Shown here in pieces: positions 23,296 through 34,004 of a stretch of 64,000 nucleotides of DNA (position 1 is the stretch's first letter; the number at the start of each line of letters is the position of its first letter). A program made the position numbers and the translations under genes. The stretch is taken from the NCBI RefSeq assembly GCF_058153355.1, contig NZ_CM177019.1; one strand, 5' to 3'. Below the pieces are notes generated by a model. It saw only the letters and a program-made list of their open reading frames with translations. It was not told the DNA's origin and searched no databases.

Positions 23296-25494
23296 ATGTC
23301 AAAATTAAAAATTGCGGTTAGTGATTCTTGCCCGGACTGTTTTACCACGCAGCGAGAATGTATCTATATTAATGAAAACAGTAATATCGATGTGGCGGCA
23401 ATAGTTTTATCGATCAACGATGTTGCACGAGGAAAACTCGATGAAATCGATGCCACGGGTTATGGCATCCCGGTATTTATTGCTACTGAAGATAAAGAAC
23501 GTGTACCCGCAGAGTATTTGCCCCGTATTTCGGGTGTATTTGAGAATTGCGAATCACGACGAGAATTTTATGGTCGTCAGTTAGAAACCGCAGCCAGCCA
23601 TTATGAAACTCAACTGCGCCCGCCCTTCTTCCGCGCACTGGTCGATTATGTCAATCAGGGCAATAGCGCTTTTGACTGCCCGGGTCATCAGGGGGGTGAG
23701 TTTTTCCGTCGCCATCCGGCAGGCAATCAGTTCGTGGAATATTTTGGCGAAATGCTCTTCCGCTCCGACTTGTGTAATGCCGACGTAGCAATGGGCGATC
23801 TACTGATTCATGAAGGTGCGCCATGCATTGCACAGCAACATGCGGCTAAAGTGTTTAATGCCGATAAAACGTACTTTGTTTTAAACGGCACCTCCTCTTC
23901 CAACAAAGTGGTTTTAAACGCCCTGCTAACACCGGGTGATCTGGTGCTGTTTGACCGCAATAACCATAAGTCTAACCACCACGGGGCCTTGCTACAGGCT
24001 GGTGCAACACCGGTTTATCTGGAAACAGCACGTAACCCGTATGGTTTTATCGGTGGTATTGATGCGCACTGCTTCGAAGAAAGTTATCTGCGTGAACTGA
24101 TTAGAGAAGTTGCACCGCAACGGGCAAAAGAGGCGCGTCCGTTCCGCCTCGCTGTGATTCAGTTAGGCACCTACGACGGTACTATTTATAACGCCCGCCA
24201 GGTGGTGGATAAAATCGGTCATCTGTGTGACTACATCCTGTTTGACTCAGCATGGGTCGGCTATGAACAGTTTATTCCGATGATGGCGGACTGTTCGCCG
24301 CTGCTACTGGAGCTTAATGAGAACGATCCGGGTATTCTGGTTACGCAATCTGTACATAAGCAGCAGGCTGGTTTTTCTCAGACTTCACAAATTCATAAAA
24401 AAGACAGCCATATCAAAGGGCAACAGCGTTATGTACCGCACAAACGCATGAACAACGCCTTTATGATGCACGCCTCCACCAGCCCGTTCTATCCGCTGTT
24501 TGCCGCACTGGATATTAACGCCAAAATGCATGAAGGTGTCAGCGGTCGTAATATGTGGATGGATTGTGTGGTTAACGGTATTAATGCCCGCAAATTGATC
24601 CTCGATAACTGCCAGCACATTCGTCCGTTCGTTCCTGAACTGGTGGATGGTAAACCCTGGCAATCGTATGAAACAGCGCAAATTGCGGTTGATCTGCGCT
24701 TCTTTAAATTTGTACCCGGTGAGCACTGGCATTCTTTTGAAGGTTACGCAGAGAATCAATACTTTGTCGATCCGTGCAAACTGTTGCTGACAACCCCAGG
24801 TATTGATGCACGTAACGGCGAATACGAAGCGTTCGGTGTACCCGCGACGATTCTTGCTAACTTCCTGCGCGAAAATGGCGTAGTGCCGGAAAAATGCGAT
24901 CTTAACTCCATCCTCTTCCTGCTGACTCCGGCAGAAGATATGGCCAAACTGCAGCAACTTGTTGCCCTGCTGGTACGCTTCGAAAAACTACTGGAAGCTG
25001 ATGCGCCTCTGGCGGAAGTATTGCCTTCCATCTACAAACAGCATGAAGAGCGCTACGCCGGTTATACCCTGCGTCAGTTGTGCCAGGAAATGCATGATTT
25101 GTATGCCCGTCACAACGTGAAACAACTGCAAAAAGAGATGTTCCGTAAGGAACACTTCCCACGCGTCAGCATGAATCCACAGGAAGCCAACTATGCCTAC
25201 TTACGCGGTGAAGTGGAATTGGTTCGTCTGCCGGATGCAGAAGGCCGTATCGCAGCCGAAGGTGCGCTTCCTTATCCTCCGGGTGTGCTGTGTGTTGTTC
25301 CGGGTGAAATCTGGGGTGGTGCTGTTCTGCGTTACTTCAGCGCTCTGGAAGAAGGGATCAATCTGCTGCCAGGTTTTGCACCGGAGCTGCAGGGTGTCTA
25401 TATCGAAGAACATGATGGTCGTAAGCAAGTTTGGTGCTATGTCATCAAGCCTCGTGATGCGCAAAGCACCCTGTTGAAAGGGGAAAAATTATGA
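23296..25494 (+). CDS. speF: Inducible ornithine decarboxylase
   Basis: 732-aa ORF followed by overlapping potE. Confidence 0.9.
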   Translation: MSKLKIAVSDSCPDCFTTQRECIYINENSNIDVAAIVLSINDVARGKLDEIDATGYGIPVFIATEDKERVPAEYLPRISGVFENCESRREFYGRQLETAASHYETQLRPPFFRALVDYVNQGNSAFDCPGHQGGEFFRRHPAGNQFVEYFGEMLFRSDLCNADVAMGDLLIHEGAPCIAQQHAAKVFNADKTYFVLNGTSSSNKVVLNALLTPGDLVLFDRNNHKSNHHGALLQAGATPVYLETARNPYGFIGGIDAHCFEESYLRELIREVAPQRAKEARPFRLAVIQLGTYDGTIYNARQVVDKIGHLCDYILFDSAWVGYEQFIPMMADCSPLLLELNENDPGILVTQSVHKQQAGFSQTSQIHKKDSHIKGQQRYVPHKRMNNAFMMHASTSPFYPLFAALDINAKMHEGVSGRNMWMDCVVNGINARKLILDNCQHIRPFVPELVDGKPWQSYETAQIAVDLRFFKFVPGEHWHSFEGYAENQYFVDPCKLLLTTPGIDARNGEYEAFGVPATILANFLRENGVVPEKCDLNSILFLLTPAEDMAKLQQLVALLVRFEKLLEADAPLAEVLPSIYKQHEERYAGYTLRQLCQEMHDLYARHNVKQLQKEMFRKEHFPRVSMNPQEANYAYLRGEVELVRLPDAEGRIAAEGALPYPPGVLCVVPGEIWGGAVLRYFSALEEGINLLPGFAPELQGVYIEEHDGRKQVWCYVIKPRDAQSTLLKGEKL

Positions 25495-26810
25495 GTCAGG
25501 CTAAATCGAACAAAATGGGCGTCGTTCAGTTAACCATACTGACGATGGTCAACATGATGGGCTCCGGCATCATCATGCTGCCGACAAAGCTTGCCGAAGT
25601 TGGGACAATCTCAATAATCTCCTGGTTGGTGACAGCCGTAGGCTCAATGGCGCTGGCATGGGCATTCGCAAAATGCGGTATGTTCAGCCGTAAATCAGGC
25701 GGTATGGGCGGTTATGCCGAGTATGCTTTCGGTAAATCCGGTAACTTTATGGCGAACTATACCTACGGCGTCTCGCTGCTGATTGCTAACGTGGCGATTG
25801 CTATTTCGGCAGTTGGTTACGGCACCGAACTGCTCGGCGCGAGTTTGTCACCAGTGCAGATTGGTCTGGCAACCATCGGAGTGCTGTGGATTTGTACCGT
25901 GGCTAACTTTGGTGGTGCGCGCATTACCGGGCAAATCAGTAGCATTACCGTGTGGGGGGGCATTATTCCGGTGGTAGGCTTGTGCGTTATCGGCTGGTTC
26001 TGGTTTAGCCCGACACTTTACGTTGATTCCTGGAATCCGCATCATGCACCGTTCTTCAGTGCGGTAGGTTCTTCCATCGCCATGACGCTGTGGGCTTTTC
26101 TTGGTCTGGAGTCTGCGTGTGCGAATACTGATGTAGTGGAAAACCCGGAACGTAATGTGCCAATCGCGGTACTCGGCGGTACGTTAGGTGCGGCGGTGAT
26201 TTATATCGTCTCCACCAACGTGATTGCCGGGATTGTGCCCAATATGGAGCTGGCAAATTCAACGGCACCATTTGGTCTGGCCTTCGCGCAAATGTTCACA
26301 CCGGAAGTGGGTAAAGTCATTATGGCGCTGATGGTGATGTCCTGCTGCGGTTCGCTACTTGGCTGGCAGTTCACCATTGCCCAGGTGTTTAAATCTTCAT
26401 CTGATGAAGGCTACTTCCCTAAAATTTTCTCCCGTGTAACCAAAGTGGATGCACCGGTTCAGGGGATGTTGACCATTGTGATTATTCAGAGTGGATTGGC
26501 ACTGATGACCATTAGCCCGTCACTGAACAGCCAGTTCAACGTGCTGGTTAACCTGGCCGTGGTGACCAATATCATCCCATATATTCTGTCGATGGCGGCA
26601 TTAGTCATTATTCAGAAGGTCGCCAATGTGCCACCATCAAAAGCGAAAGTAGCAAACTTTGTTGCCTTTGTTGGTGCGATGTACAGTTTCTATGCGCTGT
26701 ACTCATCCGGGGAAGAAGCCATGCTGTACGGTTCCATCGTGACTTTCCTTGGTTGGACACTGTATGGTCTGGTATCACCACGCTTTGAACTGAAAAACAA
26801 ACACGGTTAA
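25491..26810 (+). CDS. potE: Putrescine/ornithine antiporter
   Basis: 439-aa APC-family transporter; start overlaps speF stop. Confidence 0.9.
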   Translation: MSQAKSNKMGVVQLTILTMVNMMGSGIIMLPTKLAEVGTISIISWLVTAVGSMALAWAFAKCGMFSRKSGGMGGYAEYAFGKSGNFMANYTYGVSLLIANVAIAISAVGYGTELLGASLSPVQIGLATIGVLWICTVANFGGARITGQISSITVWGGIIPVVGLCVIGWFWFSPTLYVDSWNPHHAPFFSAVGSSIAMTLWAFLGLESACANTDVVENPERNVPIAVLGGTLGAAVIYIVSTNVIAGIVPNMELANSTAPFGLAFAQMFTPEVGKVIMALMVMSCCGSLLGWQFTIAQVFKSSSDEGYFPKIFSRVTKVDAPVQGMLTIVIIQSGLALMTISPSLNSQFNVLVNLAVVTNIIPYILSMAALVIIQKVANVPPSKAKVANFVAFVGAMYSFYALYSSGEEAMLYGSIVTFLGWTLYGLVSPRFELKNKHG

Positions 26811-26825
26811 TAAAGCGAAATAAAA

Positions 26826-26856
26826 AAGGGCGATTGAATGATCGCCCTTTCTGTTT
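26826..26856 (+). terminator. Rho-independent terminator after potE
   Basis: gggcgat...atcgccc hairpin followed by T-rich tract. Confidence 0.6.
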
Positions 26857-26894
26857 GTTGACAAAGAGTTCGTTATTTATGCCGCATCCGGCAG

Positions 26895-27034
26895 GTGTAG
26901 GGTCCAAACGCGGTCGAACACAGCAACTATTTGCGTAATTATATGAGGCATTTGCGACAAAAACTGGAACAGGATCTCGTCCGCCCCGCCATTTCATTAC
27001 TGAAACCGGTATTGGGTATCGGTTTATGCTTTGA
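26895..27034 (+). repeat. Diverged duplicate of the kdpE 3' end (last ~140 bp including stop)
   Basis: Aligns to 22561-22700 at roughly 85-90% identity, ending in the identical aaaccggtattgggtatcggtttatgctttga. Confidence 0.85.
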
Positions 27035-27157
27035 AAAAAGTGGCAATGTATGGATAAAGTCATTTTTTATTCAAATATAAGGAACTTAATATTTAAAAAA
27101 TGTCCCATACAATGCCTCATCATAAATGACACCGTAGCACACAAGGAGCAAGTAGCG

Positions 27158-27808
27158 ATGCGTGAAGTGAGTCAGTTAGTAAATACTGAAGATTCAGCCT
27201 GGCCAATAATCCAGAATTGGTTAAAAGAAGCCACAAACCATGCCGAACTCTTACCGGTTAATAAAGATTTAGCCGAAACCGCGCTTTATCAATTACAGGT
27301 TACAACAAAATCACCGATGGGTGCGCTTGTCTATGGCTCCGGAGGTCTGCTGATTGATAACGGTTGGTTACGCATAGCAGGCTCTGGTCACCCCCGGTTA
27401 CCACGAGATCCAGCAAGTTGGACACAACGCCCTGAATTCGCAAGCGTGCGGGCTTTACCCATCGCCGATGATGTCGCAGGGGGAATTTTTGCTCTTAATG
27501 GTGGCGATCTTGGGGAAGATACTGGCTGCGTTTATTATTTTGCGCCAGATACGCTGAATTGGGAAAGTCTGGAGGTTGGATATTCTGAGTTTCTTCAGTG
27601 GGCATTATCCGGTGATTTAGATACCTTCTATGAAAATGTACGCTGGCCGCAATGGCAAGAAGACGTAATAAAATTATCGGCAACGGAAGCCTTCACTTTC
27701 TACCCTTTCTTATGGGTACAAAGTGAAGAAGCAAGAACAAGAAAAGTTATTTCGCTTACTGAACTCTGGGAAATGCAGTATCAAATGAAAGAAACAATCA
27801 CGCAATAA
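27158..27808 (+). CDS. DUF2625-family protein (YbfG-like), apparently intact
   Basis: 216-aa ORF from MREVSQLVNTEDS preceded by AAGGAG; maximal ORF starts at 27050. Confidence 0.6.
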   Translation: MREVSQLVNTEDSAWPIIQNWLKEATNHAELLPVNKDLAETALYQLQVTTKSPMGALVYGSGGLLIDNGWLRIAGSGHPRLPRDPASWTQRPEFASVRALPIADDVAGGIFALNGGDLGEDTGCVYYFAPDTLNWESLEVGYSEFLQWALSGDLDTFYENVRWPQWQEDVIKLSATEAFTFYPFLWVQSEEARTRKVISLTELWEMQYQMKETITQ

Positions 27809-27848
27809 GACATGTTCAGGTCCGGGTTTCATTCCCGGACTCGCTATT

Positions 27849-28343
27849 TTAATGTGTGTTTATCGCTTTCAATTCTTGCTGGCAATTTTCTGACTGACAG
27901 CGTCGCAACTCAATAATCCCGACATGCATCATCGAGCCAAAAAATCCGCTTTCGCTGACATAATCCTCATTAACTATCGGTCGAGTGCCGGGCTTACCCT
28001 GGCAAATCCCCATAAAAAATGAGGTGTAGCATTGCCATTCAGGATTTAAACCGGTCTTTTCTTGTGCTGACATATCATGAAGATAAGTAAGTTCTTTTTC
28101 GTTCCCGCCTGACAACTGCCAGCGGCGGGTATTATCAGGTAAGTTATCGCCACGGCAATTTGTCTTACACCGGGAAGGCGCAATATTTACCGCAATGCTA
28201 CCCGTTAATCCTCTGGTTTTATCTTTAGGGGTCAGTAACCAGTCACCAGCTAATGATGATTGTTCAGGTTGGGCGCATGCTGTCAGCAGTAGTGTGGCGG
28301 TAATTAATGCCACTCTGACGACCAGACTCCTTTTGGTCTTCAT
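27849..28343 (-). CDS. ybfP: Lipoprotein YbfP
   Basis: 164 aa from MKTKRSLVVRVALITATLLLTAC (lipobox). Confidence 0.75.
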   Translation of the reverse strand: MKTKRSLVVRVALITATLLLTACAQPEQSSLAGDWLLTPKDKTRGLTGSIAVNIAPSRCKTNCRGDNLPDNTRRWQLSGGNEKELTYLHDMSAQEKTGLNPEWQCYTSFFMGICQGKPGTRPIVNEDYVSESGFFGSMMHVGIIELRRCQSENCQQELKAINTH

Positions 28344-28394
28344 TTTGAATTCCCTTGAGCTATTCAGTTTGTTGGCAAAGTACTCGTTGTTCAT

Positions 28395-28493
28395 GCCGGA
28401 TGCGGCGTGAACGCCTTATCCGTCCTACAAAATAGTGCAAATTCAATATATTGCACCATCCTCGTAGGCCTGATGAACGTAGCGTATCAGGCT
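28395..28493. repeat. REP/BIME cluster (two inverted REP units)
   Basis: gccggatgcggcgtgaacgccttatccg..cctac and gtaggcctgatgaacgtagcgtatcaggc. Confidence 0.8.
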
Positions 28494-28546
28494 ATCATAA
28501 GTAAAAAGGGCGATCTTCCGACCGCCCTTTTTCTTATTTAATGTGT

Positions 28547-30187
28547 TTACGCGTTTTTCAGAACTTCGCTAACAATCTCAACCGCTTCTTTCTCGATCTG
28601 CTTGCGATGTTCTTCACCGAGGAAGCTTTCGCAGTAGATTTTGTATGCGTCTTCCGTGCCTGACGGACGCGCGGCGAACCAGCCGTTGTCAGTCATCACT
28701 TTCAGACCGCCAATAGAAGCACCGTTGCCCGGTGCCGCCGTCAGGCGCGCGGTGATCGGGTCACCAGCCAGGGTGCTGGCGCTCACCATTTCCGGAGACA
28801 GCTTAGACAGCGCCGCTTTTTGCGCGGAAGTCGCAGCTGCCTGCAAACGGTTATAGCTCGGCGCACCAAACCGTTTTGCCAGTTCGTTGTAGTGTTCCTG
28901 CGGGTTCTTACCGGTGACCGCGGTGATTTCTGCCGCCAGCAGACACATAATGATACCGTCTTTATCGGTGGACCACGGCGTGCCGTCGAAACGCAGGAAG
29001 GAAGCCCCTGCGCTCTCTTCGCCGCCAAAGCCGAAGCTGCCGTCGAACAGACCATCAACAAACCATTTGAAGCCTACCGGGACTTCTACCAGCTTACGGC
29101 CCAAATCATTGACCACACGGTCGATCATCGCAGATGAAACCAGCGTTTTACCGACAGCAACATCTTTGCCCCACTGCGGACGATGCTGGAACAGGTAGTT
29201 GATCGCCACTGCCAGGTAATGGTTAGGATTCATCAAACCTGCCGGAGTGACGATACCGTGACGGTCATAATCCGGGTCGTTAGCAAACGCCAGATCGAAC
29301 TTATCACGCAGTGCCAGCAGACCCGCCATCGCACACTCGGAGGAGCAGTCCATACGGATCGCGCCGTCTTTATCAAGGTGCATAAAGCGGAAGGTTTGAT
29401 CGACCTGATCGTTAACGATGGTCAGGTTGAGGTTGTAATACTCGCCAATGCGCTTCCAGTATTCAATACCGGAACCGCCCAGCGGATCAACGCCCAGCGT
29501 CAGGCCCGCTTTCTGAATCGCCGCCATATCAACTATATCGGCCAGACCTTCCACAAACGGCTGCACCAGATCCTGCTCTTTCACATGACCGGATGCCATC
29601 GCTTCGTCGAGGGAGATACGCTTCACACCTTTCAGGCCATCGGCCATCAGTGCGTTGGCCCTGTCCTCCACCACTTTGGTGACGTTAGTATCAGCCGGGC
29701 CACCATTTGGTGGATTGTACTTGATACCACCATCTTCCGGCGGGTTATGGGACGGTGTAATCACGATACCGTCTGCCAGCGGGCCACCTTTTTTATTGTG
29801 AACCAGGATGGCATTGGAAACGGCAGGCGTCGGAGTGAAGCCATTGTTTTCCTGCACAATAACATCTACGCCGTTCGCTGCCAGCACTTCCAGTACGGAA
29901 ATGAACGCAGGCTCGGACAGGGCGTGAGTATCTTTACCCACATAGCAAGGGCCAGTGATGCCGTTTTTCGCACGTTCTTCAGCAATTGCCTGAGCGATCG
30001 CCAGAATATGCGGCTCGTTAAAGCTGTGGCGCGCTGCACTGCCACGGTGACCGGAAGTACCGAATTTCACCGCGTGCTCCGCATTCCCTGCTTCTGGTTT
30101 CAGTACATAGTATTGCGCCGTCAGTTGGGCGACGTTAATCAAATCACTCTGTTGTGCAGGTTGGCCTGCACGATTGTGGATTGCCAT
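28547..30187 (-). CDS. pgm: Phosphoglucomutase
   Basis: 546 aa from [13 protein letters not shown]; active-site TPSHNP motif. Confidence 0.9.
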   Translation of the reverse strand: MAIHNRAGQPAQQSDLINVAQLTAQYYVLKPEAGNAEHAVKFGTSGHRGSAARHSFNEPHILAIAQAIAEERAKNGITGPCYVGKDTHALSEPAFISVLEVLAANGVDVIVQENNGFTPTPAVSNAILVHNKKGGPLADGIVITPSHNPPEDGGIKYNPPNGGPADTNVTKVVEDRANALMADGLKGVKRISLDEAMASGHVKEQDLVQPFVEGLADIVDMAAIQKAGLTLGVDPLGGSGIEYWKRIGEYYNLNLTIVNDQVDQTFRFMHLDKDGAIRMDCSSECAMAGLLALRDKFDLAFANDPDYDRHGIVTPAGLMNPNHYLAVAINYLFQHRPQWGKDVAVGKTLVSSAMIDRVVNDLGRKLVEVPVGFKWFVDGLFDGSFGFGGEESAGASFLRFDGTPWSTDKDGIIMCLLAAEITAVTGKNPQEHYNELAKRFGAPSYNRLQAAATSAQKAALSKLSPEMVSASTLAGDPITARLTAAPGNGASIGGLKVMTDNGWFAARPSGTEDAYKIYCESFLGEEHRKQIEKEAVEIVSEVLKNA

Positions 30188-30212
30188 TGCTTTGTCCTTT
30201 GTCTGCAACGTT

Positions 30213-30758
30213 TTAGATAGTTCCGCAAACCTTCTCAATCAATTCCGCCGGGAATTGCATCGACTGCATGATGTGTTCGATCATGCTGCATTTACGGCCG
30301 GTGTTGGTGTTGGTGATCACCCAATACGGCGTGCCTGGCACATGTTTCGGCTTGGTCTGATTACCATTTTTCAGCAGCGTTTGTTCATCTGCCGCAAAGT
30401 AAACGCGTGTACGACCGTGCAACGATTCCGTGGCCTCGGCAAACGCCTGGGCGTCAAGAGAATATAGTGTAGACAACAGCAGCATGAAGCGATTGACCGC
30501 TCGCTTTTGCTCTGCGTATTCGTCTGAAAGCAAAAGTTCACGCATTGCGCGAACCTTGTCTTTAATCGTTTTGACCGGCTTCGCTTCGACGATAGCAGGT
30601 GACGCAACGCGAACCTCTTTCGTCACCGGAGCAGCAGGCTGTGATGCGGCGGAAAATTTCAACATACGCCGTAAAATGTCGGATGCGCTCTCGCCGATAT
30701 GCTTAGTGTGGCTGGCAATATAGCTGTAGAGTTCATCATCAACTTCAATCGTTTTCAT
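30213..30758 (-). CDS. seqA: Replication-initiation negative regulator SeqA
   Basis: 181 aa from [22 protein letters not shown]. Confidence 0.9.
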
Positions 30759-30942
30759 CTTAATCCAGTGCAGTGTCTTAGCTGAATACAAGTCGCCAGG
30801 AGTATATGAATAAATCCCGGCAGCGGATAGCGTCAAGCCTGGCTTGCAGAAAAACTCGGATTAAACCTTATTTGTTGCAGCCCTGTGGCACAATGGTCAA
30901 CATAATACCCTAACCCGACAACGCGAAAAAAAGAACTTTGCC

Positions 30943-31707
30943 ATGAAATTGAATATCCGCGCGCAAACTGCACAAAACCAGCACAATAATTCTCCCATCG
31001 TTCTTGTCCATGGTCTGTTTGGCAGCCTCGACAACCTTGGCGTACTGGCTCGCGATCTGGTAAACGATCACAATATCATCCAGGTTGATATGCGTAACCA
31101 CGGTCTTTCCCCGAGAGATCCGGTGATGAGTTACCCGGCGATGGCCCAGGATCTTGTTGACACTCTGGATGCACAGCAGATCGATAAGGCAACATTTATT
31201 GGACACTCAATGGGCGGTAAAGCGGTGATGGCACTGACTGCACTGGCCCCCGATCGCATCGATAAACTGGTGGCGATTGACATCGCGCCGGTCGACTATC
31301 ACGTACGCCGTCATGATGAGATTTTCGCGGCCATCAACGCAGTCAGTGAATCAGACGCACAAACACGCCAGCAAGCAGCGGCAATAATGCGCCAGCATCT
31401 TAATGAAGAAGGGGTGATTCAGTTTCTGTTGAAATCTTTTGTTGACGGGGAGTGGCGCTTTAACGTGCCAGTATTGTGGGATCAGTATCCGCATATTGTG
31501 GGTTGGGAGAAAATCCCGGCATGGGATCACCCTGCCCTGTTTATCCCAGGCGGCAATTCTCCGTATGTTAGCGAGCAGTATCGTGATGATTTACTGACAC
31601 AATTTCCACAGGCACGAGCGCATGTGATTGCTGGCGCGGGTCACTGGGTCCATGCTGAAAAACCGGATGCGGTATTACGCGCTATCCGTCGCTATCTCAA
31701 TGATTAA
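30943..31707 (+). CDS. ybfF: Alpha/beta-hydrolase esterase YbfF
   Basis: 254 aa; HSMGG nucleophile elbow. Confidence 0.85.
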   Translation: MKLNIRAQTAQNQHNNSPIVLVHGLFGSLDNLGVLARDLVNDHNIIQVDMRNHGLSPRDPVMSYPAMAQDLVDTLDAQQIDKATFIGHSMGGKAVMALTALAPDRIDKLVAIDIAPVDYHVRRHDEIFAAINAVSESDAQTRQQAAAIMRQHLNEEGVIQFLLKSFVDGEWRFNVPVLWDQYPHIVGWEKIPAWDHPALFIPGGNSPYVSEQYRDDLLTQFPQARAHVIAGAGHWVHAEKPDAVLRAIRRYLND

Positions 31708-31846
31708 CGTAACTGATTAAAAACCCAGCGTCCGCGTCGCTTTCCGCGCGTGGGCGTTGGCGTGACTCATCGCGCTGATGTATTATGGCGCGCTATCCAT
31801 CCGGGCAGAGGCCTGGCTGATTGTTTCCCCCGAAGTCACCAAGATC

Positions 31847-32140
31847 ATGGCCAAAGAACAAACGGACCGTACGACATTAGATCTGTTCGCGCACGAGCGT
31901 CGACCGGGACGACCGAAAACTAATCCGCTTTCGCGCGATGAACAGCTGCGTATTAATAAACGCAACCAGCTAAAACGCGACAAAGTACGTGGCCTTAAGC
32001 GTGTCGAACTGAAGCTGAACGCGGAAGCTGTCGAGGCACTGAACGAGCTGGCAGAATCGCGCAATATGAGCCGTAGCGAACTGATCGAAGAGATGTTAAT
32101 GCAGCAACTGGCGGCGCTGCGTAGTCAGGGCATCGTTTAA
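31847..32140 (+). CDS. ybfE: Small DNA-damage-inducible protein YbfE
   Basis: 97 aa from [14 protein letters not shown]; maximal ORF starts at 31778. Confidence 0.7.
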   Translation: MAKEQTDRTTLDLFAHERRPGRPKTNPLSRDEQLRINKRNQLKRDKVRGLKRVELKLNAEAVEALNELAESRNMSRSELIEEMLMQQLAALRSQGIV

Positions 32141-32279
32141 ATTTCCACTTTCATGTAGCACAGTGTGCAGTCCTGCTCGTTTGCTGATTCCGCAAGACTG
32201 CCTGTTCTGCTATGATTGCCTTTATCCGTGGGCAATTTTCCACCCCCATTTCAATAAGTTTCAAGAGGTTATTTCACTC

Positions 32280-32810
32280 ATGGCTATCACTGGCATCTTT
32301 TTCGGCAGCGACACCGGTAATACCGAAAATATCGCAAAAATGATTCAAAAACAGCTTGGTAAAGACGTTGCCGATGTCCATGACATTGCAAAAAGCAGCA
32401 AAGAAGATCTGGAAGCTTATGACATTCTGCTGCTGGGCATCCCAACCTGGTATTACGGCGAAGCGCAGTGTGACTGGGATGACTTCTTCCCGACTCTCGA
32501 AGAGATTGATTTCAATGGCAAACTGGTTGCGCTGTTTGGTTGTGGTGACCAGGAAGATTACGCTGAATACTTCTGTGACGCATTGGGCACCATCCGCGAC
32601 ATCATTGAACCGCGCGGTGCAACCATCGTTGGTCACTGGCCAACTGCGGGCTACCATTTCGAAGCATCAAAAGGTCTGGCAGATGACGACCACTTTGTCG
32701 GTCTGGCTATCGACGAAGACCGTCAGCCGGAACTGACCGCTGAACGTGTAGAAAAATGGGTTAAACAGATTTCTGAAGAATTGCATCTCGACGAAATTCT
32801 CAATGCCTGA
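32280..32810 (+). CDS. fldA: Flavodoxin 1
   Basis: 176 aa from [19 protein letters not shown] (FMN-binding loop). Confidence 0.9.
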
Positions 32811-33019
32811 TGTGATGCGGCGTAGACTCATGTCTACGCCGTATTAATAGATAATGCCAATCAAAATAATTGCTACAAATTTGTAACTTTTGCTGTTGTA
32901 CCTGTACAATGTCCCGGTGTTCAAGTGGCCTTGCCGTTGTAAATGTAAGCTGTGCCACGTTTTTATTAACAATATTTGCCAGGGACTTGTGGTTTTCATT
33001 TAGGCGTGGCAATTCTATA

Positions 33020-33106
33020 ATGATACGCATTATCTCAAGAGCAAATTCTGTCACTTCTCCTAATGAAGTGAACCGCTTAGTAACAGGACAGATTCCGCAT
33101 GACTGA
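33020..33106 (+). CDS. uof: fur upstream leader peptide Uof
   Basis: 28-aa ORF MIRIISRANSVTSPNEVNRLVTGQIPHD overlapping the fur start by 8 bp. Confidence 0.7.
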   Translation: MIRIISRANSVTSPNEVNRLVTGQIPHD

Positions 33107-33545
33107 TAACAATACCGCCCTAAAGAAAGCTGGCCTGAAAGTAACGCTTCCTCGTTTAAAAATCCTGGAAGTTCTTCAGGAGCCGGACAACCATCACGTC
33201 AGTGCGGAAGATTTATACAAACGTCTGATCGATATGGGTGAAGAAATTGGTCTGGCTACGGTATATCGCGTACTGAACCAGTTTGACGATGCTGGTATCG
33301 TCACCCGCCACAATTTTGAAGGCGGTAAATCCGTATTTGAACTGACACAGCAACATCACCACGATCACCTGATCTGCCTCGACTGCGGCAAGGTTATCGA
33401 ATTTAGTGATGATTCCATCGAAGCGCGTCAGCGTGAAATTGCCGCCAAACATGGCATTCGCCTGACTAACCACAGTCTCTATCTTTACGGTCACTGTGCC
33501 GAAGGCGATTGCCGCGAAGATGAGCACGCGCACGAAGGCAAATAA
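33099..33545 (+). CDS. fur: Ferric uptake regulator
   Basis: 148 aa; HHHDHLICLDCGK metal-binding motifs. Confidence 0.95.
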   Translation: MTDNNTALKKAGLKVTLPRLKILEVLQEPDNHHVSAEDLYKRLIDMGEEIGLATVYRVLNQFDDAGIVTRHNFEGGKSVFELTQQHHHDHLICLDCGKVIEFSDDSIEARQREIAAKHGIRLTNHSLYLYGHCAEGDCREDEHAHEGK

Positions 33546-33561
33546 GCCAGCCTGAACGAGA

Positions 33562-33589
33562 AAAGCCAACCTGCGGGTTGGCTTTTTTA
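33562..33589 (+). terminator. Rho-independent terminator after fur
   Basis: agccaacc..ggttggct hairpin followed by tttttt. Confidence 0.7.
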
Positions 33590-33628
33590 TGCAAGGGAAA
33601 TAAGAAAAGCGAGAGTTACAGCTCTCAC

Positions 33629-33955
33629 TTATTTGTTATTACTGCGAATTTCCTGCCAGACTTTATCACAATCGGCTTTCACCGCCTGATCATTTCCGGT
33701 TTGCGTTGCACGCAGACACTGCTGATAATCCAGTACGCGTACACTTTCCTGCTCGGCAAACTGCTGATGTTGTTTCTCTTTCTTCAGCACGTTTAACACG
33801 CTCTGACAGGCTTCAATTTTTTCCGGCGAACCTTGCGCGGTGTTGATACAGGCGCTGTAAGCTTCTTTCAGATGGCTGTCTTCCTGTGGCGCGGTGGATT
33901 GTGCACAAGCCACCAGCCCCGATGCCATCATGGCGATGAGAATCAGTTTTTTCAT
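33629..33955 (-). CDS. chiQ: Lipoprotein ChiQ (YbfN)
   Basis: 108 aa with lipoprotein signal (LVAC); immediately downstream of chiP. Confidence 0.8.
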   Translation of the reverse strand: MKKLILIAMMASGLVACAQSTAPQEDSHLKEAYSACINTAQGSPEKIEACQSVLNVLKKEKQHQQFAEQESVRVLDYQQCLRATQTGNDQAVKADCDKVWQEIRSNNK

Positions 33956-34004
33956 TGCAAATTCCTCAAACGTGCGGCAGGCACAAAACCTGCCGCGTCG
34001 GGCA

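Noticed and set aside
29183-30220. 345-aa plus-strand ORF opposite pgm
   Set aside because: Fully antisense to pgm; His/Arg-rich shadow ORF with no recognisable domain
28547-30836. N-terminally extended versions of pgm (563 aa) and seqA (207 aa) in the ORF track
   Set aside because: Recognised mature N-termini (MAIHNRAGQ.. and MKTIEVDDE..) begin at internal methionines; the extensions run into intergenic or REP sequence
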